Shown in pieces: positions 9,641 to 19,537 of a stretch of 20,895 nucleotides of DNA. The notes below the pieces were generated by a model that worked only from the letters and a program-made list of their open reading frames with translations, did not search any database and was not told the DNA's origin. Source of the stretch: Catajapyx aquilonaris (taxonomy: Eukaryota); contig KZ538324.1 in the NCBI GenBank assembly GCA_000934665.2, positions 62,001-82,895 of the forward strand, read 5' to 3'. Position numbers and translations under genes: made by a program. Positions within the stretch are counted from its first letter, which is position 1; each line of letters starts with the position of its first letter.

Positions 9641-10232
9641 GGGGAGCCAACAGCAAGGCGGGGGCTTCTCTTACCGCCCTCCTTTCAATCAATTTAATTT
9701 AACTAATACATCAGTTGAAAAGTGCCAGATCTAACGTATGCAAATTTTGGCACAATAAAATTAGGCTAAGAGCATTTATTTCAGTGGAGATGGTGCGATG
9801 GGCGCGACCTCTGCAGGGCGAGATGGCGTAGTAGAGGGAGAGGTAGTGCCCGCTTCCGTTCGAGTTAATATTTGCGGTGGGCATGGCACAAAACTGGTGG
9901 TGCACTTTCGAGTAGCATTCTGACGACATGGGCAATATGGGGCAGCAAGAAATGCAGCAAGAAACGGCACAGACGCGCCTCCTGGAAATGGTGGTAAATA
10001 CTGTACCGTCTCTTAACGTGGTTTTGTTTGGCGCCAGAGGGAGCTGGGGGCATGCTGGGGGTTTATTGCCCTCTCCAGGCACTTGACATGGCTGCTACAG
10101 GTGCCAGGGTGGGTGGTAATCTGACTGGATCATCTGTCCAGGGGCGGCCATCGGGACAGTTATTGAGTCACACGCACTCTATAGAAAATGTAGCGATATT
10201 TTGGGCTATAGTAATCATCAATGACTGCTAAC

Positions 10233-10380
10233 CTGTATTTTCAAGGTCATGGTGGAGTTACGTCGTCTACTAAATGCTGGCCGTGATGCTGATTATAAAA
10301 TGAATCGAGTATCCTTCACTATCGACTCCAGCAGCTAGGACTGAAACAATAGTTTAAAATAATGCAAAAATTGCCAACTG
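10233..10380 (-). promoter_or_regulatory. Candidate core promoter/first exon on - strand (Inr TCAGTC, donor CAG|GTTAGC)
   Basis: TCAGTC on - at 10344-10339 matches the arthropod Inr consensus, and there is a donor at 10233/10232. This is motif evidence only. Confidence 0.25.
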
Positions 10381-10784
10381 AAACGGACAATGTTGCATAA
10401 GACGTTACTATAGTGTAGTCAGCACTGTTGTCTGTGCCATGTTTCTCCTGTTTTGTAATGTGTGTTGTTTTTCTTCATTTTGCAATATAATTATCTTGGC
10501 AATATTCAGAGGAGAGGGACGCATGCAGTTCTGGTGGAGGCCGCAATATGGCGTTAGCGTCTCAGTAAGCATAAGGTCCTAAGTAAGCATGAAAAGTGGG
10601 CCTTGGGTAGCTGTGCAACTCACCCAAAACCGTATTCTGGAAATTCCGATGAGGCCAGACGACATGGACAAAATCTTCGACATGTGGCCGATCCCTTTAT
10701 GGCCCCTTTAAAAATTATTGTTATGTCACATGGCAAGATTAGCCAGGAGCAGTTACAAGACCCGGGACATGGCCCAATAAATTA

Positions 10785-11359
10785 CAGTAAAACTTCCATA
10801 AGTCGAACTTCCCTAAGTCGAAGTTCTCTATATAAGTCGAAGAAAATGACGAGCTTGGTTGGTCACAATGTAAAGTAATAGGAAATAAACTTCCCTAACT
10901 CGAATTTCTATAACTCGAAGTTCTCCATAACTCGAAGTGCAGCAGGCGGGGCCTTAGGAAGGGATATCAATGCATTTTCAGTCTCCCTAAGTCGAAGTTC
11001 ATGTTGGCGATGACGGATAATTATCTCATTTCCCAGCCGAAGGGTCGAGAGTAGGCCACATGTACAGAAAGGCTCAAGAAGTGTTTGACTCGATTGTGAC
11101 AATTGAATCCTTGAATTTAAGAGTAGACAAAATGTTCATAATAGAGATTTTTTTACAACAAAACCACGAGGAACATTGTAAGTGTAATATAGTGACAGTT
11201 ATTTTTAAGTTTTGAACACCTTTAGTCGCTGGATATAATGGTAGTCTTCCTTATAGAGTCATATGCTTTTAAAAAATACAAACTTCTCTAACTCGAATCT
11301 TCTATAACTCGAAGTTTTTCCCCGGTCCCATGGAGATTCGACTTATGGAAGTTTTACTG
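10785..11359. mobile_element. pogo/Tigger-type (Tc1/mariner superfamily) non-autonomous transposon
   Basis: Perfect 23-bp TIRs CAGTAAAACTTCCATAAGTCGAA / TTCGACTTATGGAAGTTTTACTG, with a TA TSD (10783-10784, 11360-11361). About nine copies of a 15-19 bp unit like AACTTCCCTAAGTCG / TCTATAACTCGAAG. No transposase ORF. Confidence 0.9.
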
Positions 11360-14300
11360 TATGTGCAATAATTTGATGCCGTTATATGTTGGGTTCGTGA
11401 TCCATCTATAGTATAAATTTAAAAATGTTGTTGGTCCTTGTTATTACCTATCTGGTACTGTAGTCTATATTGTTACCAGTAGTGAATAACAGGATGCTTG
11501 TTCTACTTGTATAATGATTTGCTCGCGATTTAACAAACCCATCCAAAAGGGAACAAATAATTATTAATGTCGATAATTTATTTATTAGGAAACAATGCTC
11601 TCCTGTTTGTCCTATTCATCCAGAATGCAAAATATCCGTCAGCTTTGTTCGCAATTTTTAACCGTTTTCTTCTTCGATTTATTGTTGCAACATGACCCTC
11701 TGGCCGCACAAGAGTAACAAGATGAAAGCTGCAAGTGATTACAACGAATAGCGGCTGCAGATTAAATTATTCTTTTCCAAACACAGGGCATGGAGGAGAG
11801 GGCCAACAAAGTAGTGTCCTTTTGGATTACCCCAGGTTGGTCCACGCCCCCGTCACACACCCTGAAAGGAAGGCCTGAGAGAGCAAGAAAAGAGAAAAGG
11901 AAGGAAATTCTTCGGTTAGACTTGCATGATACAGTAGGTGTAACATGACGGCCCTCTTTTCGCGCCCGTAAAGAACGACAGAATAACAGGGCCATTCAGG
12001 CACAGCGAAAAGGGATTCTATTCAAAAGAGGTTCGGGTTACCGGATTCAAACTACAGCCCAGGGGACAGCTTGTTTCTTTTCAAGTCCTTTAAAAATAAA
12101 AATAAAGGAAGGTAGCCCTTGCTTGCTACCTCTGCAGTCGATGGCGTCGGATGCCAGATTCACGGAACTTTTACGCTATACTTGGAGATAATACGTACTG
12201 TACAGTGTATACGTGCGAAATTCTGCGCTTGCATTATCTACACTATCTGGCTGCTTGGGCGGTATAGTGGACAGATTGCTAAGTTGATAATATACCTTAC
12301 CTAACCTAGTACGTACGGGCGAATTTTAGCGTTTATTTTTATGCTTGTAAAGTGTTTGAGGCTGTAATTATAAATTTTTTAAATCGCTGCCGTCGCTTCG
12401 TGGCGGTGGACGTGCTGGTGACATACCTTTTTGATTGACAGTCAAGCTGTACAGATGTGGTACGCCTTCTGGGCGGGTTTTAAAAAGCTTGGGAACCTAT
12501 GGTGTAGTTGAGCGCTTCAGCAGCTTTTGAGCGGACAGTGATGCTAATGTAAGATATGTAGGTAAATGAGTAGATCATTTCCACAGACAGGACACGAGGA
12601 ATGCATGTGAATACCTGAAATGCAGAAATGCATCATTTGGTCGAAATTAGCTAGGTTATTGTGTATACTGTATGCCTACTTGTATATTCAACCTCCATAT
12701 TAATTATAATTTTAGAAATCACTCTGGTGCCAGTCTGATCGTTCACACATCACACTAGTTCGTGGTCAATTCCAGTAATGTAACTTTCAAGCTAAAATGC
12801 ACCGAAAACGACCATATGACACTCCGTACCGCAAATGCATGTAACTCGCACGATGTAAAGTGGACAGATCTGAGGAGAGATTGATAGCAATGAAGAAAGA
12901 TAAAGGTCTGCCAGAAAGGGATGGGATTTGCAGCTGAGAGATGGGGTTGGTCCTCAAGACCCTCCAGGACAACAATGCAAGAGGAATTGCTGTTTGAGAG
13001 GGACGAAGGGAGGGAGAATGTTGGGGGTGGAGTAGAGGATGGTGGGGTTGGGGTGGGAGGGTGTCGAGAGGGTGGGGGTCCTTCATTCCCTGTGGCTTCA
13101 ATTCGGTTGGAATTACACCTCTTTATTGGGAATTCCCATTAACGCCGCGCATGTAAATTAGAGACATGGTTTTGACAGATTTTTCGATATGAAACTGGAG
13201 AGAAATTTGAACGCGGCCAGCCATGCGTGATCAATTGCAGCGGGGACGCGGTTTGGAAATTGACAGTCGGGGGTAAAAGTTTGGCGGGGGGTGGGGTTTT
13301 CGCATGTTTCCAAATATCTGCCACCCACTCACCCTGCTCAACTACACTTTTTGGATGGGGAGCGCAGTGGATGCTGGGGCCGGGGGCTGGAGGGCGCAGG
13401 CAGAAGGGAAAACCGTTTGCACATTTTGCGATCCTTATCAAAGCCCCGGGACGTAATTAGGAATCGGTGGGGCTTGCATTCAAACCCCCCCCACTACGAT
13501 TCTCCAAACCATTTTCCGCCTTCCTAACCACCAAACGTTTGGAAAGTCAAGAAACGCGAAATCACTTTGAAATGGAAACATCATTAAATGTTTCTGGTTC
13601 AGCCTGCACACTAAATTTCACAGCTTGATTCTCCTGAATGGAGAGCGGGGCCCCGTGCGAAATGTTCTGTAACTTGAGGCAAATAATTATTTTCTCTGGC
13701 AGTTTCAAGATCAAAGTAACCCAGGGAATAGTTTTAACAGAGCGGTTATTACGCTCACTGACAACTAAAAGAACGGAAAGGTACAACACACTGAGCTTGA
13801 CATTTCGACTCGGCCTTTGAATTCCGCTGCTTTTTTTGCCATCTTGTAATCATGCATCACTTCCGATCACGTACATATATTTTTTTTCAGAAAGACCAAA
13901 TAGCGCTGCGAACAAAGTCGATTCCTCTTTTGACCGCAAGTCCAATTAATTCCTAGAGATCCATTTATTTAGCCTGCTATACGCACATGTCAGATTGATT
14001 CCATAACCAGGAAATGGATATTTGCTGAAAAATTACTCGATGGAGATGTGTAACATTTAAACACAAGTGATTATTTTTAAACGTTTTAATGCTGTGTTTA
14101 GTAGGTCTGTACATGGTGCACGTGCCTTCATGAAGTTAATTTTTGGAGGAAAAATAGGTCCTTGTTTAGAAATGCTTGTAAGCCATGTACATTTATTTGA
14201 AATTTTGTGTTTTTCTGTGCGTCTTTTGGTTGCGATGACTGATCGGATTTCATAATTGCAAGAAAATATCGCTTCTCTTCTTTGCAGATAAATTTTTAAT

Positions 14301-15111
14301 GTTACTTAATTTACGTTTCCTGGGGGCACAATGTAGGCATTTCTTCAGGAATAAGTGCCTATAATATTATGTGATGGTCCAGATTAATTTACGAGATAGT
14401 ACGATCTCATTTTGTCATGTTTGATACATTTTGGATGTCGCAATATCTAAGCATAAATATGCGATGCCATATAATAATCATCGCTAAATAATAATAATAT
14501 AACTGAAATATTTTTAAGAGTATATATACGTAAATCAATTTTTGGCACATTTCATTTTTCTTGACTTTTCCTCCTGCCCTGCACCAACCCCTGGGCCTCT
14601 ACGCGATGTTGATTCCGTAAGGGCATTTCTCCGGGAAAAGGCTTTCTGGAGCGCGACACTTCCTGTCGTGATTGCGGCTCCGAAGCAATTTTATCCAGAG
14701 ATGAAACCGATTCTTGTGATCCGGAACCATTTTTTGTACCGGAAAGGTGTCTGCTCCAGACCTTCCCGGGGGGAAAAATATATATATATAACCACAGAAG
14801 GAACTCTATTAATTACTGTTCTGTCGGATATGGAGTAGAGTCACGTCTCGTGGGCACACTTTTTTTTTCTCTTCTTCTGGAAATGGTTGTTGCGTGGGTG
14901 GGTGGAAGGGTGGGTAGCTCAATTAGAACCCGCCTAGTCTCGGCATTGAAAAAACTCGACTGGAGGTGGCGTTTCGAACAGAAGAATTTTCCATCTGTCT
15001 GCCACTGAAATGCATGGGAGGATGCCTTCCGTAATTTCTTTCCCAAGGGCTGTATTTCTCATTTTTCTGGAATTCATCTCATTCTTTTCTTTTCCGCATC
15101 ACACAATCAAA

Positions 15112-15190
15112 AGGAGGCGAAGAGAGAACCTCGAAGAGAGACAGAGAAGTGGGAAAGAGGAGAGGAAGGAAGAGAGAGAGAAAAAACTGG
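15112..15190. repeat. GA-rich low-complexity tract
   Basis: Purine-rich stretch AGAGAGACAGAGAAGTGGGAAAGAGGAGAGGAAGGAAGAGAGAGAG. Confidence 0.6.
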
Positions 15191-15270
15191 AACTATATAT
15201 AGAGACCCGCAGAGCACAATAGGCAATCGAACTTTACATTGGAGTTAGCGGGCTGGGTTCAATTTCACTT

Positions 15271-15370
15271 GGGGGGGGGGGGGGGNNNNNNNNNNNNNNN
15301 NNNNNNNNNNNNNNNNNNNNNNNNNNNNNNNNNNNNNNNNNNNNNNNNNNNNNNNNNNNNNGGGGGGGGG
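15271..15370. other. Assembly gap (76 N, 15286-15361) flanked by poly-G
   Basis: G15 lies left and G9 lies right of the N run. Confidence 0.95.
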
Positions 15371-16679
15371 AATGTTTTTGTTTTGCCTGACGAGGGTATA
15401 TAGTTTCAGTGGGACGCGGATGGGGCGAGAGGTGTCAGAACCCCCCCCCCCTCCCGGTCATTCATATTAGTGTCGTTTGAATTAATCATTGAATTAGAGT
15501 ACTGTATAAGTCCAGACACTTTGATATATTTAGCTAGTCTGGCCATTAATATTACGTATTGAACTCCATAACAAAACGGTGCTTCCTGCTGCGTAATTTT
15601 TGCCAAACTTCTTCAGTGCAACACATTTTTCAAGGTTATTCCTGGGAGAGTTCATTACGAGCAGGAGCAATTTTCATGCCACATCTCGCAATGGACATTA
15701 TCTCAGTATTTAATTCTAAAACGCCTTTCAATCCTGCATGATTAGTGCCTCCCCTTCGGATAACCCCATTATTAATCCTCATAAACCATTAGGCTCCGTC
15801 TCTATGTGTCATCCCCCCCTACTAAAAAAGTGTCGAGCACCGCCTCTGTCTTCAGACCCGCTCCAATGTGGCCCGAACTGGTGTACTCCCCGTTTATTTA
15901 TCGCACATTTTCCAGCGGCCAACTGTGGATGAAATAGAGTCATCTTTTGTTAAAACGGGCCCATCTCACAATGCAGTCGGGCGCAAGTTGTAACCGGCCT
16001 TGATTTATAGCCAGACCTATACACACAGAGAGCGTGAGCTGCTGAGGGGGGGAGAGAAAATTAATTTAACGAGAGCAATTTGGCGCGGGGATTCAAATGG
16101 CAGGGAAGCACTTGGGGCCGGTACCGAGTTGGAAACTAATAGCAACGTTGTGGCCACAACGTTCATCGCCAACGTTAAGGGGCGGGATTTATACGGTCAT
16201 TACGTGGAGGAGCCGGGTCAAATGGATGCCACCGAAAAACGAGGGCCTCTGTTAGCACTGCCCCACTCGGACAGTTCAAATCATGGGGCATAAACAGTTC
16301 GGGCACAAGGACACACCAACCCAGAGCATCAGGATAATTAATGACGATTATGCAGGATCCATCGGGTGAGTATTACTTTCTTGTTGGAAAGGGCGTATAA
16401 TGGCTGGGAGAATTGGCGTCGAGATCCGATCTAACGCGTTTCTTCTTGTCGGGGGAAGGGGTTATTGCTGGGGAAATAATAATGCGATGATGGGAGTTGA
16501 GACGGGATTATTGAGTGTTACGTTGTGATCAATGTTGGGTGATAGGCCTGTAATTGAGGATTGCGAATAGTTCAAGATATTACAGAATTGACCATGGGCC
16601 CAAACAGTTAAAATAATGACGATGCTTTATTTGCTACTGTTTGCTTGTGTCCTTTTGAGCTATATAGGCCAAAAAGATA

Positions 16680-17113
16680 TGGGTGGTATATGGAAGAAGC
16701 ATGGAATGGGCCCAAAAGACCGACGACGACGTCGACGTCGACGGTGTCTATCCTGACAAGTATGGATACCCCCGTGCATGGCTGCATTGCTAGTTGCTGG
16801 AGTCAGGCGGTTGAACAACGGTCTACTATAGATGGGTCGGCGAACGAACGCAAGCAGATGGCCAATTTTATGACAGGTCGGAATACAGTTTGTAATGTAA
16901 TTCCTGTAATAAAATTGGGCACCCGCTTGCGTTCGTTCACCGACCCATCTATAGGAGTCTAGCAGGAGTGCAAGCGCCTGACCCCGGCAACCAGCAATGC
17001 AGATATGCACATACTTGTCAGGATAGACATTGTCGATGTCAAAGGTCGACATCTCCAAAACGGATCGTCGCCGGCCTTTCGGACCCATGCCATGCCTCTT
17101 CCATACTCACCCC
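16680..17113. mobile_element. Long foldback/palindromic MITE (probably PIF/Harbinger-derived)
   Basis: Arms of about 190 bp pair along their length: TATGGAAGAAGCATGGAATGGGCCCAAAAG with CTTTCGGACCCATGCCATGCCTCTTCCATA, TGTCTATCCTGACAAGTATG with CATACTTGTCAGGATAGACA, and CTATAGATGGGTCGGCGAACGAACGCAAGC with GCTTGCGTTCGTTCACCGACCCATCTATAG. The right end is CACCCC followed by TTA; the left flank is ATA (degenerate TSD). Confidence 0.85.
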
Positions 17114-17292
17114 TTACCACCTGAATCATATTGGCAGAATAATTCTGGCCATCCTGTATGTGATATCTGCCTGTCATCAAAAGTTTTTCTCCAAGGTAAG
17201 GCTGAATCTTAGTGTACTCCCCTGGATCGGTGTACAGTATACATGTGCCCAAAATTCTGAAAAGCCGAAGAAGTGGAAACGCTCGGTATAGC

Positions 17293-18057
17293 CCCAAGTA
17301 GCACGAAACTCCCTGGAACATCCTACGGAGATCCACATCTCCACTGAAGCTCCATGGATATTTGGATATCCGCAGGACGTCCACAGTACATGCAAATATC
17401 CATGGAGTTTCACGGAAAAAATGTACGTCCCAGGGACGTCCCCAGGACATCGCTCGTTGTTCAGCCCCCCTCGCCACCACCTCCACCACAGCCTCCACCC
17501 ACTTTCGCCCCACCCCGCCCCTACCCTCACCAGCCCTCACTACTCCACCTTCTCTCCTCCCCCTCCCTCCCTCCCCCTTCCCCCCCGTGAGTGTCATGGC
17601 TGCCAGGCTTTTTCTCTCGCCATGCCAGCCAGCTCCGGCCTAGCCTAAGTAGCCGACCGGTACCAAACCTCGCTTGTGTGCATACGTCGTCATCACCTCA
17701 AACCTTGGGATGCGACTGCCGACCTGCTGGAGCTCTCCGCGTACCTGGAATAGTTAGCTAAACCCAAGCGATCAGAAANCTCCGCGTACCTGGAATAGTT
17801 AGCTAAACCCAAGCGATCAGAAATCATGGCTTGGATATCTGTTGGATCTGGAGATCAGTTGCTCACATGGATATCCATTGCAAACCTCCCCTGGATGTTT
17901 CCTTTGGATGTCTCCGGGATCTCAAATCTGAGACATGGCATACTCCCATGGATATCCCATGGACGTAATTTGGAGTTTCGTGGATATCCACGGGATGTTC
18001 GGTTTACTTTCGTGGATGTCCCTTAGATATCCATGGGATGTTTCTGTGCTACTTGGG
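17293..18057. mobile_element. CMC-EnSpm (CACTA-group, animal CCC-ended) non-autonomous transposon
   Basis: TIRs CCCAAGTAGCAC(-)GAAAC / GTTTCTGTGCTACTTGGG, with a 2-bp TSD GC (17291-17292, 18058-18059). Both ends carry many subterminal GGATATCC/GGACGTCC/CCATGG motifs, and there is a C-rich core at 17465-17586. Confidence 0.85.
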
Positions 18058-18595
18058 GCTGTGCACAGATTGATTGATTCCGTCCTTCTGCCTTTGCTGA
18101 GTATGTATACTGTATTGGGGCGATCTCGAGTTCATTGTCAAAGAATGTAATTTGCGAAATGGCCGATTTTGTGGGGGTAAATATAACAATAATGGCCCGG
18201 GACTTTGCCCGGAGGCTGGGTGGGGCAGATCGGCAGATGCAGGGGCTGGCGACCTCCTGATGGGCAGGATGGTGGACATGGGGGACACCGCGGGAGCTCC
18301 AACATATTCTCCACTTGGGTTGTCTGCGATTCCACCGAGCATTTAGTGATCTGCTGCATCACTTGCCATAATATTATCTCTAAGAGTGACACAGGCCGTC
18401 GCAGTAAACACACGCAGATTTTCATTGAACTTGTTCTATGACGTCGGATATGGTCTGGAGGTTTCCGGCTGGTAGAACAAATCGTCGGCATATACAAGTG
18501 AAATCCTTTCGATTGTTTGCATGCTACCGTACTGACTGTGAGTGCAGAAAATACCGGCTTCTTGCCGTTCTTGGTTTATGAATCTTGAGGCCTAA

Positions 18596-19537
18596 GGCCG
18601 GAATCGTGGCGGCTCGCGTAAGTCTGCAGGGGCATAAATTGTGACGTAACTCCCATACGGACGACGGAAGCCACCGTGGTGAAAAGTTACGGGAGGCGCG
18701 CGATTGAAATCATCCTGTAAATCCACGGGACCTCTCCAGATTCCGTAGGACTTATGGGAGTGTTGGCCCTGGGCTTTTTCAGGCCCCCAGGGAGTTTTGG
18801 TGGGCCAGGGTTTGCTTCAGGTTGGGTGGGAGAGTGCCCGGGGGAGGCATGGGGCTTGGGGCGGCCCCGGGGCGGCCCGGGGGCCTCTTTGGATGTGACT
18901 TCCGTCAGGTAGGATTTTTCATCGCCTCACCAACCAAATGCAATGAAATCGTGTGGAGTGAGGACCGGGACGGATCGTGGCTGTGGGCGGACCGTGGCTA
19001 GGGGCGGCCCCGGGGCGGCCCTGGGCCACTTTGAATGTGCGTTCTCAGTTCTGTAATGTCGGATTTATCATCACATCCCCAACCTAATGCAATGCAATGG
19101 TATGGGGTGCACCCAGGGGCAGCCCGAGGGCCAGTTTGGATGCTCATTGTATAGTCGGGAAGGATATGCACCGGCCACATGCTTCACATTGCGCACCTAG
19201 GGCCCTACGCCGATGATTGCCACCCTACCCCCCAACCTGAGAGAGAAACCCCCACCCCCACCCTTGCCCCCACCTCCACACACCCCACACGCAACCCGTG
19301 CGAGAAGCTAGCTGTTCCGGGATTGGCTGTTAGAGCCCATTGCGTCACGGATACCAGGCTTCGCAAGTGATATCTGGGGGTTGCGGGGGGGTTAGTCCGG
19401 CCTATTAAAGAGCCGATATGCTAGTTCACCACGATGGACTACTCCTTTAGATATAAGGCTCCTTTACCGGCCGCCATGTTTACAGGCGTCACGTGACTTG
19501 CAGGGGCATACATGTGGGAGACACCGCGATTCCGGCC
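18596..19537. mobile_element. PIF/Harbinger-like non-autonomous element with internal direct repeats
   Basis: TIRs GGCCGGAATCG(T/C)GG / CCGCGATTCCGGCC, with flanks TAA and GAA (3-bp TSD, one mismatch). TGCAGGGGCATA occurs near both ends. Diverged internal repeat units start at 18858, 19001 and 19104. Confidence 0.7.

Noticed and set aside
9754..9780. A second facing AATAAA/TTTATT pair
   Set aside because: No + strand gene ends here. It shows such pairs can occur by chance in AT-rich patches, which also tempers the 4750-4784 claim.
10785..11359. CRISPR-like short repeats
   Set aside because: The repeats are degenerate, adjacent and irregularly spaced, and they lie between TIRs with a TA TSD in eukaryotic DNA. 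There are no cas genes.
12195..12330. Possible Helitron/Helentron remnant (ACCTAACCT and an imperfect 18-bp direct repeat)
   Set aside because: The motifs are too short, and I could not define termini or a 3' hairpin.
11700..16500. Many 60-104 aa ORFs and G-rich tracts (for example 13005-13080)
   Set aside because: No homology signal or consistent splice structure. This looks like ordinary intronic/intergenic DNA, and G-quadruplex potential alone is unremarkable.
16645..17648. Long ORFs 16660..17088, 16959..17597 and neighbours as a transposase or gene
   Set aside because: They cross TE boundaries, are largely low-complexity or palindrome-derived, and show no DDE or other domain motif.
17735..17823. 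Perfect 44-bp direct duplication
   Set aside because: The copies (17735-17778 and 17780-17823) are separated by a single N, the signature of unmerged overlapping contig ends, so it is an assembly artifact.
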